Source of the DNA: Heteronotia binoei
Lineage: Eukaryota
Direction of reading: 5' to 3'
DNA length: 64,000 nt
Assembly (NCBI RefSeq): GCF_032191835.1
Contig: NC_083228.1
Span: 31,682,001-31,746,000, forward strand
Positions within the stretch are counted from its first letter, which is position 1; each line of letters opens with the position of its first letter. Of the stretch, positions 12,401-25,918 are shown piece by piece. The notes under the pieces are model-generated. The model was not told the DNA's origin, did not search any database, and saw nothing but the letters and a program-made list of their open reading frames with translations. Both the position numbers and the translations under genes were made by a program.

Positions 12401-15400
12401 ATACATATAGCTCCACATATATACAACTCCACATATTCTTGGTGTACTTAGGTTCCCATGACAGTGATCAATATCCAAGGTTGAATCAGTATTTGGTCTT
12501 TTTAAACTCAATTGCTTTCCTTTTTATTTCTTTCCCCTCCACTTCCCTGTATAAACCTCTGTCTCCCTCATATACACCTTATTACATGTATAGTACTCAA
12601 AGCACAGATGTGGATGCAAAACCAAAAAGAAGAGAAAAGCACCAGAAGTATGTATACTTTCGTGGGGGAGTGGGTAAAGCATTTTTCTTTTTCTTGTTAG
12701 TGTCATTGCAGTGGGTGGATTTTCTGGAATTTTACCATATCAGGCAGAACTACAGGAGAATGTAATTACCTTGACCATAAACTTGCTTACACTGAAGTGA
12801 GGTACATTTTTTTTTTGTCAGAACTAACTTCCAAATAAGTCACAGTTACTCAGATTCCTTTTGCACGGAAGAGGCAATTAGGCAGTGGCAGCACCAGTAT
12901 TTCCCATTTTTCATTACTCATAAAATTATAACATTCCTGGTAAACAAGTTTAGGCTATTATCCTGAATATATTCAGGGGCAGACATTGCATGGTACTAGT
13001 GCAGAAGCCGCTATAGCCAGCTTCTGCAGTAGAGAAGGAAGGGAGATTTGCCTTCTTTCCTGATGGTAGAAGAGTAAAGGGAAGTACAGGTGCTGTAAAT
13101 GTGGTTGTCTCATTGACATTCTAGTTTGCCACACCTTCAGGGTAATCAGGATGTGACTAAGGGTGTGATACCACATCCCACCATGAGGTTGAGGCACCAT
13201 TTAAAGGCCTTTTTTAACATTTAAAAATGCTATTGGGGACTGTGGTGCAAGGGATGAGGGGCTCCTGTCGCCCTCTGTACTGTATTTCAAGAGCCAAAAC
13301 GGCCGTGGTGTCACCTAGTTCAGCCTAAAGAGTGGGCCCCCTAATTCTTGACATTTGCTTCAGTGCAGTTCGTGTTTTGTGAGGAGTTATACAGCAATCC
13401 TAAGCATGCCTAGCTGGAAGAAAGTTCCATCGAATCTATCTGTCCGACTTGCATGCAAATACCGTTACGATTTGAGGAGCTAGTTTTGTATTCCTAGCAG
13501 AAAGTACAAACAATTCTGAGACTGTGAGAACCAAACATTAGTCTAAATGCATTAATGTAACTGCTTCAAGTGAGCTAGAGCTTTGTTTATGAAATGTTAT
13601 TATATAACAAACAATGGATATTGAAAACTGAAAAACATGGATAGTGTTCTGTGTGTATGAGTGCTTGTGGCCTGTTATGTGTCACCTGGGATGTGAAGAT
13701 GGTACCCAGGTTGTCTTTAAACCTTGAAATTCTCTTTTCCTTTTACTATTTAGTAGGGATAAATATGATAATAAGCATGTCTTCACCATCATATTTCATT
13801 TAATGTTGGGTAAATTTACTGTCTTGTGATCTGCAGGTAAATCTTTCTCAAGGAATGAACGGCAGTCCACAACGCAGTTTGAATGGCCTGATGGTGATTC
13901 ATGGGCTCCCCTTGTACCAAAGGAACTTACCACTGATGGATAAAATATTGTAAGAGCAGCAGCCTTTTCTGTTCTGAATGAAAGATAGCCTAACAATTCC
14001 TGACTTAGGAAGTAGATGCATACTTGCTTCAAACTTTCACTTGGCAGGTGATTTCATGTGCAGCTGTTGAACATCTTCCTGTTTGTTTTGTGAGAAGCAA
14101 CACATTTGTGCATAGCTCTCAGCCCTCATTCGGATGGACAGTTAAATTTAATTTCATAAGCTGCATCTGATTGCATTGAAGGGACCTGTGCATCAATTTA
14201 AGCACTTGCTTAAGTATTTTGTGCAATCTTGAGATTTATAGTGCCATACAAAGCAGTGTTTTACACTTTTAAGTGCTTGAATTTAATGGACTTAGAAGAG
14301 TGCAACTCTGCTTAGGGGAGCTGTAATAAAGACAGCTGAAGAGATCTACAATGCTGTTCCAAGAAGAATTACACCTTGCTAATTCCAAGAAGAATGGCAC
14401 TACAAGTGGTCTTAGAAGGGTGCAACTCTGTTTAGTATTGCACTGAAAGTTGTCTTCCTTTGAATTGTGACAGTGCTTGGTTGTAAGTCAGCTTTCTAGT
14501 TTTTGGATATCTTACAGGATAGTATTTCTGAACTGCAGATTCTCTGTTGGATGTATTTTAAAAATTGTAATGGCTCACCTTTCAACCAAACCTCAAACGA
14601 AAAACAAATTCCTAAAAGCACAGATATGGATCCAGAGAACCATGATTAATATTTTATGAAATATACCCAGGATATAATGCCTCTTTTAATTTTTTTTTTT
14701 AAGTTACTAAGATAGTGGGTTGGCAAAATGCAGTGCCCCATGACAAATGCTGTCTACTATCTTTTAATCACTGTTAATGGAAAGACTGACTGAATTCAGG
14801 TTTGCCTGCCTTTCCTATATGAGGGCTTTCTGGACCAGAACTGCTATGTTTATGTTATTCGTGCACTAGTTGCTCAGTGAGTGTTTCATTTTGCTCCTGT
14901 GCTCTCTTCCTTTGCTTTCCCCAACAGAGATTTAGATGACAGATTGCTTACGAGGCCAGGGTCCAGTACTGTCCTGTCAACTAGAGCCTGGCCAAATCGT
15001 GCTTTTGAGCTCAGCACCTCTGCTCTGTCCTATTCCGCTCAGACTGCTAGGAGGCGTAACCCACCACCACGTACCCTGCATCCAATCAACACCAGCTATT
15101 CTCGTTCGGGGACTCCAAGATCCATGGATGAAGTCATCAGGGGAACACGACTGTATGTTTCTGTGCTTCTCTGTTTTAATCCCCGTGTCTCTTTGGAAAT
15201 AGTTTTATAGAAACCAGTCTGTGAAGGGGGCAAGGGAGCAGTCAAATAAAATGGAATTGTAAAACATTTCACACTGTATGAACTAATCTGTTGCTACCCA
15301 AAAAGGTTGGTGAAGGAGATAGTAGTCTGTCGTTAAAGTTACTTTATACTTTCAGCTGATCCTTGAAGCAGTCTAGTAGAAGAAAGTCTTTTGGCATTAT

Positions 15401-18400
15401 CATTTGATTGTACAATAAAAGTGCAGATATGATGTAGTTTCTGTTGCTTGATAAGAGCAGTTTCCCAGAATTCAAAGACCAGTAATTTTATTGCTGGGGA
15501 AAATACAGTTTTCCTTCTCACCCCAGTAGTATTCCTACTGAAAAAACCAAACTGCACTGGAATGTGATTGCATGTATTTGACATTTGTTCCATAGGGATT
15601 ATATTGAACAGGACTCTGGAGATTACCTAGAGTGAGACAACTCCCTTCCTATCCCCTCTTTCCAAACCCTGTTTTGAGACCTTTTTCCATTTGTTTAAGC
15701 TGAGTCCTTCACCATGGTCCTATTTAAGTGCAAGATTTATTATGAAAGCCTTTAAAAGGTGATCGGTCATCACTTTGATCAGGCTGAGACAACTCTTCAC
15801 ATTTTTTGATCTTTTAAAAATGGGGGGGGGGGTTGCAATGTGTGCTTTCTTTCCAGTTACAAGGACACTTAGTAAATCTTTCACAAATGTAGTGGAAGGT
15901 CGTTACCTCTGCCAGTTTACTTTCACAGATTATATGTGAACAAAATGTTGGTTCCTAGTGGTGCTGGATTTAGGATGCAGTCTTAGTAGATAAACTCAGA
16001 AGTAAGTCTCACATTGTGTAACAGGACTTACTCCCAGGAAAGCATGCTTAAGATTGCATCCTCAGTTTAGTAGTATTATATCATTAAAAATGAATTTTTT
16101 TTTCTCAACAAGAAAAGCCTTTTGTGGCATTGGCCTGCTTTAAAACTTCCAACTTTTTGTTGCCTGGTTTCAAGGGTGTTTTTTTTGGGGGGGGGAGGGG
16201 GCTCTCTGTCCACAGCCCTTTTCCTTGTTATCAGTTAGAAGTTTGGCGCTCTTTCTTTCCATCATAATTCCCCCACACTGGTATAGCAAGGTGTCCATTA
16301 TGTAGACAGGCAAGTCACAAGAGGACTGTGAGTCTGGTTGATGTTGCTAAAGGGGACTGGCTGCATAAGCCTGAAGCAGACACAGCTACTATGTGTTTTC
16401 CGTTCTCCAGTCTCAGGTAGTGAGCCCTGCAGTAATCAACCCATGAGGTATAGATCTAGAAGTCTCTAGGAAAGGAAAAGTCCCCTGTGCAAGCACCGAT
16501 CGTTTCTGACTGGGGTGACGTTGCATTCACGTTTTCACGGCAGACTTTTTATGGGGTGGTTTGCCATTGCCTTCCCCAGTCATCTACACTTTCCCCCCAG
16601 CAAGCTGGGTACTCATTTTACCGACCTCGGAAGGATGGAAGGCTGAGTCAACCTCGAGCCAGCTACCTGAAACCCAGCTTCTGCTGGGAATCGAACTCAG
16701 GTCGTGAGCAGAGCTTAGGACTGCAGTACTGCAGCTTTAACACTCTGTGCCACGGAGCTCTTAGAAGTGTCTATGACCACTGTTATTATAACACAGAGGT
16801 GACTCCCTCCTCGAGCATGTACCTCTTGCACAATCAGTGAATGAGTGCGGATAGCTAAAGTTGATATGGAGTTGCAACAGCTTTCCCTTGTCCACCAACA
16901 TTGATGTTATTGGAGTTTCCTACTGGTGGTTTCATCCATTTGCCAAGATACTTATGTCAACTGTATGATTCCTTCCTGAGATGAAGCCTTGTGTCATTAG
17001 TCTGTTTTTTGCATCTGAGTTTGTATATATCCTAGTCCAGGGGTGGCCAACGATAGCTCTCCAGATGTTTTTGCCTACAACTCCCATCAGCCCCAACCAT
17101 TGGCCATGCTGGCTGGGGCTGATGGGAGTTGTAGGCAAAAAACCTCTGGAGAGCTACCGTTGGCCACCCATCTAGTCTTTGATATGGGGTGTTGAGTGAA
17201 TATTGAGCCTTGCTTCATTTTTCAGGACCAGGCCTGTGTGGCAAGAAATAGACTTGCTGCTATATGTAAGGAATGAAGTAGACCCATGTGTGAGCAGTCT
17301 TCTTGACTCTTGATTGTGTAGATTTTTAAAAAGCCATTGCATTTTGAGGTGAGCCATGAAGAAGCATTCTGTATTGCAGTGAAAGAATTTAGATAAATTC
17401 CTAAAACAACTAGTGGCAAAAGGTGCGTGATTGCTTACTCACCCTAAATGAGGCTTGTTGTTCCTTGGTAATAAAGGAGAGGCTGAAAAACTACAAGAGG
17501 AACAGGTACCAGAGATTGATATCAGGAGACAACATTTGAGGTTAATGTTGAAGCAGCAACATTCTGCAACTTCTCAGGTCCACTGAAATGTCATCCAGTA
17601 GGGAGTTCCCCATTGAAGCCACCATCTCATCAGCTCCCAAAGAGCCATTCATCATTTCTCATCAGTATCGCATGCAGTTTTGTTACGTGCCTTGAGCTCA
17701 TATTGTCTTGTCACTTCTAGTGTTAATGGGGGCAGCTTTTAAAGATTGCTATTGATTTTTCCAGCACCACTGCAAGTGAGCAGTTGTCATCACCTTCCCC
17801 GATGCCACTGAGCCGAAATAATCTCCTGCCTCCTATTAGTTCTGTAGATGCAGTAGAACACTTGGGAATCCAAAAGCAAATGGTAAGCCATCGTTCTTGC
17901 GACAAGAACCCAAAATTCAGAATGGTAGTGGATCTTGAAGGAGTGAACTGCCCAGGAATTAAGCTCACAGGGAGAGGTCCCTCCTGATTGTCGCACCAAT
18001 TAAAGAAACTCATTTGGTGGGCACAGCAGAGAGGACTTTTTGGTGGCAGCCCCATGATTATGCAACAACCTCTCTAGGGGTGTATGTCTGGCCTCCTCAC
18101 TTTCAACCTTCACTAGACATTTTTATTTAGGATTGCATTTGACCAATTTAATTTTTATTTACTGGCAGTCCTAACTGGAGATTTTAAATTGTGGTCTTCT
18201 ATGTATTTTTTAATAATTGCTTTATTTATATTGTAAGCCACCTTGAATTTTGCAAGGTAGAAAGGTGGCCAATAAAGGTCTGAATAAATATATAAATAGC
18301 TGAAGGTTTGAAAATATATTTCTGGTGTAAACAATTTCCAAAAGAAAGGAATTGTTGCAGTTTACTTGAAAACCTGATTTTAAAAAAATGCTGCAAATAC

Positions 18401-21400
18401 TGAAATGAATGTTGACTATTTATAGTGGTTGTGACCCACTTTTAAGATTATCAATCTAGAAGTCAAAATATTTATCATGCTTCACTGATGTCATCCCAGT
18501 GTAGGGTTGGAATAAATCTCCATTCCTAAAGTTATGCATCCTTTTTAGATGTGATTTTTTTTCTTTTGCAGAAATCCCAGGGCAATGCCAGCCGAGCTCG
18601 CAGTGCAATAGCAGATGAAATAAATCATCAGCCAGTACATGAAAAATTTTTGTTGCCTGATAGCTTCTCCAGACCCAACACATCCCACGCATTTTGGGTA
18701 AGAAGTGCCAAATTAAAATAAGACATTTGTTTTGCCATGTGCTAGGTTTTCTGGTGCCCTAGGTGAATCACCCACTAGTGCTCCCCCCATTATTAAAAAA
18801 GATAGGAAAATTGAAGAGCACCAAACTTGAAACTTTTCATTTTTAATGTACTGATTTTTTTTTTTAAATGTGATGTTATTAAAAAAAAATTGTGAGAATA
18901 AGTGCCTGCTGGCCATGTTGAGAAGGAGGGTGGCAAAATAGGATGAGATGAGAGGCCAAGTCACACATCGGAGAGGGGGGGGTGGCTTGGCTTTGTTGAG
19001 GGCAGCTTGGTGATGGGAGAGGACAAGGTGACAGTGGTCAGGAGCCAGAGTCATGCGTCAGGGAGGGGGCGCCCAGTGGTGTCCGCTAGGCCAGGTGGCA
19101 CCCTAGGCGACTGCCTACTTTGCCTACTCCCATGCACCGGCCCTGGCCATGTGTGTGGGAAGTTCCAAGGTGAAGAGACGGCAAAACAAAGTTTGCAATT
19201 GTAGGAGGTTCCTTTTCTTTTCTGCAATAAGGGAAATATCTGGAAAACTGTAAGAACAAACCCTTTGCATCTTAGCTTATTCAGGCAGCTGGCTGCTGAG
19301 TACAGCTTTTCTAGGTCACTTTTCCTAAATTATTCTGGATTTTCCTGTCTGCTGCCACACAATTGAATTCAGTTCTGTTTCTATGGGCAGCTATCATTAC
19401 CTGCATATTTCTTACCTTATTTTTTGTTTAAGTATTATGAAACTTCTGGGGCTGCCATTTTGTAGTTTCTTTATATCATCAGAGTTGGTGTGCCATCATT
19501 GCCTACAGAAGGGCTTGGTGTTCACGTGTAGAGTTCCCCCACAGGGTGCAACAGAGTGCTGTTTATTCTATCCCCCAGCTTTTGCATGCTTGAAAGCAGC
19601 AGACCAGGACACTGCTGGATCTCTTTCTCTGTGTTGTACAAGTTAGTTGAAATCTGAACAGCATATAGAGGGAAAACCAAGGGATGTGAAAGGTTTGCAG
19701 AGACCTCCTAGTCCCAAAGTACTGCTTCTGTGCATATTCAGGTTGAGGGGGAAAGACAAAACCAGTGCTCTTTTCATGTATGCATTTGCAGGTGGCAAAT
19801 AGCTTCTCCCTCACATGGAAAATTGCTGTGCCTGGATTTTGATTTTGTCAAGTCATGATCATGCTGTAACTGTTCTGTCTTTTAGCCAGACTCACAGCAT
19901 CGCCGTTCTTGCACTATTATTGATTATGCTAATCATCCACGGACTAATAAAGGATCTGCTGGCACAGGTAGCTACAAAATTAGCTGTGTACAGCTTGTAC
20001 ATTATTTCTGTATTTCATGAAGACTAATTTGTGTAACTGTTTTAATAATGAAATCTTTATTACTCTGCAGATTCTATTAACGTAGGAGTGATGGGAGTCA
20101 GTTTAGGGATGTCTAGTTCTTCCTATATTAATTCTTTCCACCACCAGCCTCTTGGTCATTTTCTTTACGAGGATGAGGAGGACAAAGAAGATCATCCTCC
20201 ATTGGGTAAGAAGTAAGAGGCAGGAAACTTGGAAAACCATGTCCTTTGTTTGGTTGCCTCCCATAAAATATGTAGCAATTATTATTGAAGTTAGTTGTTG
20301 TTTGGTTTGTCAGATATTTAATTTGCAAGGCTTTATTGTTTTTCTTCCTCTCATCTGTCCTGCTCAGCAGACATACCAGTGTTTGCATGAACAAACACAG
20401 GACACAATCCAGGAAAATGGGTTGTGACTTTCCACCGTTTTCAGTAGGAATGGTCACAGCCAATGTTTCTGGATGACGCCAGGCGGAATGCATGTACCAG
20501 CATATTCCTGAAAATTTCCACATCTCTTCCCACCGGGTCTTGGTGTTCATAAAATCAGTTTTGGTGTTCTAAAACGGAAACTTTCTCCTATGTTTTCATG
20601 GTATTTTCCCCTTTATCTGCTCTCATGGCAAATCCTATGCCAGTTTTTAATGGTGAGGGACAGTTAAAAGTAATTCAAAGGGTCATTGGGGAGAACTCCT
20701 GGAAGAGGAGATCTTAGGAAAGCAGATGTGGAGAACATGGCATACATATCTCTCAGGTGAGGGAACAGAAACATTTAAACATTACATTTATACCCTTATG
20801 ATCCATACTAGTACCTTCAAAGCAGCCTATAAAGGTAAAAATACATAATTAAAACAAATAATAAACAACAAAGGAAACAAATCAGCAACAAGCATGCTGC
20901 TTCAGATACTTTCTAATATGGTCAGGTTAGAAAGTAGGTCTCCCTAGTGAGGGAATTCCACAAGGAAGAGGGTGCCACTTACTGACTAGATCCTGCCCCA
21001 TCCTGCTTAGTGGCAGATGGCTAGCACCTGGGGGACTTCCTTAAATGATCTAAGCATCATATTTGCTGTTCACTCTGCAACTCCCTCCTGGCTGAAGCCC
21101 TCTTATGCATGATTAACGGATTATACTGCAAATTTGGGTTTTCTTGGGAAAGAGAAATCATTTAATTGTAATTGTTAGAAAACTGGTACCTTGTTTTGAT
21201 CTTTAAAACTTAAGACCATCCCATAACGCAGGGAGCCTTACAACTCCACACGTGTCTAGTCCTACTCATAAGGACTCATGTTCTAGATGTTTACAATGCT
21301 GGGAATTGAAAGACACATAAGAAACCATGATATGTCATTATGAGACCTAGCCGAGTGAATTTCATACTCTTTCCATTGTCCCCTTAATGTGGGCTTGGTA

Positions 21401-23423
21401 ATGAGACTTTCATGTCTGTTTTGTCACTGTATCAGAACTACAAATGATTAGTACTCTTCAGAATCAGGAGTCCAAATTCAGCTTTACAATGCACATTTTT
21501 CAGCCCAACAGCAATCTTTAAGGTAGTTTATTAGCACTTTTGCTGGTTAGAGTCCATGTCATTAATCTAAGATGGACTTTGAAGACTTAATAGTTGATTT
21601 ACGGAAAGATCCAGTCCTTTGCTGCTTGCTTGCTTCCCTCCTGTGTTGAATTGTCCCTGAACATGAACATATGAAGCTGCCTTATACTGAATCAGACCTT
21701 TGGTCCATCAAAGTCAGTATTGTCTTCTCAGACTGGCAGCGGCTCTCCAGGGTCTCAAGCTGAGGTTTTTCACACCTATTTGCCTGGACCCTTTTTTGGA
21801 GATGCCGGGGATTGAACCTGGGACCTTCTGCTTCCCAAGCAGATGCTCTACCACTGAGCCACCGTCCCTGTGATCTTCCTCCCCACACAGTTGTACATAA
21901 CGTATGGGAAAAATAATAATAAATCAGGCCTTAACCAGTTTTCTATGTTTGTAGGTGCTAATCCCAGAATTTAGGAGCTAGACTTAATTTTTCAACCTTC
22001 ATCGTTTTGCAAATTAGGGGTTAAGTTTTCTGGCAGCAATAATTACAAAATATGGTCCTCAAAATGCAAGACCATGAAAGCTAGAAAATGAATCTGGCTC
22101 CTAAATTTGGTAAGAAAGCTGGCTAAGAAATTCATCCACCAACCACCGTTTAGTGGTATATAGTTAAGTTTGCATAGAAACAAGCAATGACAAGACTTTC
22201 ACGCACATTTATTTTTGTTTCAGTACAAAATTGATGGAAAATGTTTAGGCTATAGCCAGCCTTTTTGCTAAATCTTGGCCAGTTGCCCTTATTACATCTC
22301 CTATTCATGGCATTAGTCCATGCTGGTCCCATGATCACCAAAGCCTTTTGGTGTTCAAGGAAGACCTATTCCTCACTTTTTCACCCAGTGGAAAAAGTGG
22401 CTGGATCCCTTTGTACATCCATATAACTACTGACACACACTACAATAAAATCATTGCTGAAACTACTCAGCACCACAGTGAAATTTCTAGGCCTTATGGT
22501 GACCTGGCACCTGAGATTTGTCAAACCATGCCATAAAGGCTCTACGGTTGAGGAAAATGAAGTAACTTGCTGCACTCGTAGAATGTTAATGTCCATGACA
22601 CGCTTCCAGAAATTAGATCTGTATTTTTAGTACTAAATACTTCATTGTACTCTGAAATAAACGCATTCCACTGCAGTAAATATACAATGATGGAAGGGAG
22701 TAGATTTTGCTTTGATGGTTGTATTTGAAATTGGACAGGCACTGTAGTACCTGGCACTTCCTGCACAGGTATTGAAGCTACAGAAATTGTTTACCATAAA
22801 CATAAAAAGAAAGTGTAATTGTGCCTTATATATGAAGGGCTGATTCTTACATGGCAGCTATGTGCTTGCTGCTTCCACACTTACACAAACAACAACTAAC
22901 TTCAAATCCCTTTAATGTTACACACAAATGATGGACTGACAACCAGTCCTGATGTATACATACCATTAGTGCTGCCAGCAGCTTAAGATGTAGTCAGTAG
23001 TAGCAGCTGTCCACATGCAACCACAACAATCCCTTCTGATCCACAGCCATACCTTTGAACAACAGTATGCACTGGGCTTAAACCCCAGATTCATACATGC
23101 AGAGGTTTGTTAGCCCCCCGTCATCTCAAAATGTGTAACCAACACAGTTATGGAGAAAGGCACATGTAAGTTGCAAAAGAGGACTGTACCAAATGAGCAC
23201 ATGTACCTTTAAATTGTGACTTAACAGTGAACCCTGGCATAAATTTCTGTAGGCTGTGGCTGACTTTTTATGGTAAAACAGACTTGAAAGGCTATCTTGC
23301 ATACTATAGTTGCTTTTTTCACAGCCTTATCTGGTTTTTTGCTTAGTAGGTCTTCAATTGCATGGGTCTGTGAGAACACACAGCCGAGGTGGATCGGTCC
23401 CAAGAAGCAGACAGGGATTGTAG
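3289..23423 (+). CDS. FAM149B1: FAM149B1, join(3289-3338,5185-5280,6623-6755,7083-7225,9288-9407,10209-10379,11094-11281,11922-12055,13837-13949,14928-15152,17765-17882,18572-18697,19886-19967,20071-20205,23347-23423); 1911 nt, 636 aa
   Basis: Starts [11 protein letters not shown]. Conserved blocks: [108 protein letters not shown]. Ends [23 protein letters not shown]. All junctions are GT-AG with consistent phase. Confidence 0.93.
3618..3865. mobile_element. hAT-type MITE
   Basis: TIRs CAGGGGTGGCCAAACT / AGTTTGGCCACTCCTG; flanks share GATAGG. Confidence 0.8.
3925..4330. mobile_element. Cluster of Penelope-like terminal-repeat fragments with hammerhead-ribozyme motifs
   Basis: GTAGCACCTTTAAGACCAAC / GTTAGTCTTAAAGGTGCCACTGGA repeats; CTGANGA…GAAA cores at 4084-4123 (-) and 4242-4283 (+). 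Confidence 0.75.
5473..5595. mobile_element. Truncated hAT-type MITE (family of 32282-32473, opposite orientation)
   Basis: Begins CAGTGTTCCCTCTAAGCTG; interior is the reverse complement of the 32282-32473 copy. Confidence 0.75.
7996..8268 (+). mobile_element. Sauria SINE (runs into the assembly gap)
   Basis: tRNA-like head AAGAGCCCCGTGGCGCAGAGTGTTAAAGCTG and conserved body. Confidence 0.9.
8269..8433. other. Assembly gap (165 N)
   Basis: Run of N. Confidence 1.
8670..8880 (-). mobile_element. 5S rRNA-derived SINE, second subfamily
   Basis: CCCTGCTTAGCTTCCAAGATCCGACAAGATCAGGC aligns to the 5S reverse complement. Confidence 0.7.
16471..16761 (-). mobile_element. Sauria SINE
   Basis: Full copy; candidate TSD TAGAAGTCTCTA / TAGAAGTGTCTA. 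Confidence 0.9.
17038..17171. mobile_element. Short palindromic MITE
   Basis: Near-perfect hairpin CAGGGGTGGCCAACG…CCTACAACTCCCATCAGCCCC / GGGGCTGATGGGAGTTGTAGG…CGTTGGCCACCC; flanks share CTAGTC. Confidence 0.85.
21683..21868 (-). mobile_element. tRNA-derived SINE with a CR1-like 3' tail
   Basis: Minus-strand head AGGGACGGTGGCTCAGTGGTAGAGCATCTGCTTGGGAAGCAGAAGGTCCCAGGTTCAATCCCCGG (A box, anticodon-like stem, B box), followed by GACTTTGATGGACCAAAGGTCTGATTCAGTATAAG (CR1-like end). Confidence 0.8.
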
Positions 23424-24411
23424 CATTTTATGAGAAGGAGCCATCCCTTTCCAAGACTGGGGAACATCTACAGACATTTTAAAAATCAGTATTCAACGGT
23501 AGCAATATCATACCTGTTTACAGAAGAAGTCTAAAACTTTCTCTATGGAGTCCTATTTTTGTAGAAATGAACTGCCAAAGACTACAGGATTGCGTATAAA
23601 TTTTGTTCCTGTAGATCAAGCTGTGCTGTTCTGTGGGACTGCTCCTGTCTGTTCTAGGAATCTACCAAACTACTATCCAATGCTGACATATTGCAATACA
23701 AAGAATGTCTTCCTGAGGAGCCTGATTCCTGTAGCAGTAATAACAGTGTACTTTTAGCACCATTTAACTTGCCAGTAATTGACACTGATAGCACTAGTAA
23801 TATTTCTAGAACATGATGGGGGGAAACTGCAGAAGCTGATGTCTGAAGGTGGCCAAGATTAAAATCCTTAAAAAGTGTTACATTTTGGTTATCACCATTC
23901 TATACCTTCATACTTGTTAACCCAGTGACTCAGTGAAAGATGACTGAGGCAAATTTGTTTACTAGAAGAATACTTTCAACACCCATTTTTCCTTGTTGAA
24001 ATGTTTTAAAACAATGTGAGAAGTTTAAAAAGCATTTGGGTAATTGTTTCTGTGCAGCAGCCATTTTCAGAGTTTTAGGATTCTCTCATTGGTGAGAGAG
24101 ACAGTTTCAAGCAGATACACTTTCTACATTTTGTAGGAGACAAGCTCAGTGGGTCGTATGAACTTAAAAATACTTAGAAAAAGCATAGCCTGCTATGAAA
24201 TTACATTCCACATCTGATGTAAGTTTAATGTACTACTTAAAAAAATAGTTCTAGCTCTTACTAGTCAAAGTAAGTGCCGACTGCAAAGGTATGAGGCTAT
24301 GAAAATTGAAAATAGCTTTGCATGATCTTCTAGGTACCATGTAAAATTTGTAAAAGCCAGGATGGGAATAGTTTCTTATTACATTGTAAAACAGAGTAAC
24401 TTTTATATGCA

Positions 24412-24417
24412 AATAAA
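24412..24417 (+). terminator. Candidate FAM149B1 poly(A) signal AATAAA
   Basis: AATAAA about 1 kb after the FAM149B1 stop, just before the repeat cluster at 24560-25480. Confidence 0.45.
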
Positions 24418-24561
24418 GAAAATATTTTCTAAACTGCATCTGAATTTGTAATTATAAACAATGAGAAAAACCATGTATGAATCATAGTGCTGTTTAGATT
24501 AGTGGTTATGGGACTGGGTTTTTGAATTTGGGGGGACATGGCTTTTGGGAATGAGTCTTTA

Positions 24562-24857
24562 CGCAGAGTGTTAAAGCTGCAGTACTGCAGTCCTAAGCTC
24601 TGCTCACGACCTGAGTTCGATCCCCAGTGGGAGCTGGGTTTTTAGGTAGCCAGCTTGAGGCTGACTAAGGCTTCCATCCTTCCGAGGTCGGTAAAATGAG
24701 TACCCAGCTTGCTGGGGGGAAAGTGTAAATGACTGGTGAAGGCAATGGCAAACCACCCCGTAAAAAGTCTGCTGTGAAAACGTTGTGAAAGCAACGTCAC
24801 CCCAGAGTCGGAAGCGACTGGTGCTTGCACAGGGGACCTTTCCTTTTCTTTTCCTTT
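24562..24857 (+). mobile_element. Sauria SINE
   Basis: High similarity to the other copies; (CCTTT)-like tail. Confidence 0.9.
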
Positions 24858-24930
24858 ACAGAATGCATGGGTTTGTTGGTGATTTAAGCGAGTCGCCAAG
24901 ACTGCGACCTGTGTTCTTGTAATACAATGA

Positions 24931-25183
24931 AAAAGACCGTAGATTTATACCCCGCCCTTCTCTCTAAATCAGAGTCTCAGAGCAGCTTACAGTCTCCTTT
25001 ATCTTCTTCCCCCACAACAGACACCCTGCGAGGTGGGTGGGGCTGAGAGAGCTCTCCCAGAAGCTGCCCTTTCAAGGACAACCCTGCAAGAGCTATGGCT
25101 GACCCAAGGTCATTCCAGCAGTTGCAAGTGGAGGAGTGGGGAATCAAACCCAGTTCCGCACACTTAACCACTACACCAAACTG
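24931..25183 (-). mobile_element. Squam3B-like SINE
   Basis: Reverse complement of the 32796 family, with a small deletion in the head. Confidence 0.8.
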
Positions 25184-25599
25184 AAAGAAATACTACTATA
25201 GTTTTCTGGTGACAGACTGGCCTCAATCTAGTCATATAAAACAAGTGAGTCCCCAGGATGATGGATGTTCCCACCCACATGAAAAGATGCCTCCAACTGC
25301 CTCAACCATTATGAAGTAGATGCAGGCATACATTAAACTCTGAAAGCAGGTTTCTGAATATTCTTTTCCTTAACCAGATCAGTGGGATGAGCTCTGAAGT
25401 CACTTATGGCAACCCTATGAATCAATGTCTTCCAACAGTCCTATCATTAGCAGCCATTCTCATGTCTTGCAAACTGCCAATAATATGTTAAAAGGTAACT
25501 TTTCACAATGTTTTCTTAAGTGTATTCAGAAGCATTTAGGGTAATCTTTCCCAGCAGTTATTTTGGATTTATATTTGCCACAATACTTTCAAAACACTG

Positions 25600-25605
25600 T
25601 TTATT
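25600..25605 (-). terminator. Candidate DNAJC9 poly(A) signal AATAAA
   Basis: TTTATT on the plus strand, about 314 nt downstream of the DNAJC9 stop. Confidence 0.5.
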
Positions 25606-25918
25606 AAGTTTAACAAATGCTTTTATAAAATAGAAATAATAATATTTGCACTTATGCACAGATGAGCACTCTTACCAAACTTACCCCTCCAATAGGACAG
25701 CTCTACCAAACACCATTCAAAAATAGATGTAAACTTGCCAATATTTTACTCTTCTGCAGCATTCTGAAAAGTTGCACATTATTTTACATCTCAGCTTTTT
25801 GAACATGTGTTCCACACTATAGCCATATAGGTTATGAAGAAATGCTTTTCCTTTGTCTGACTCAGATTAGGATTAATGTAAATGGAAGACATGAAGAAGA
25901 ATATATTTAGAAAAAAAC

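Noticed and set aside
20368-20476. Alternative FAM149B1 terminal exons (e.g. [10 protein letters not shown])
   Set aside because: The exon at 23347-23423 matches the known C-terminus; these candidates have no homology support.
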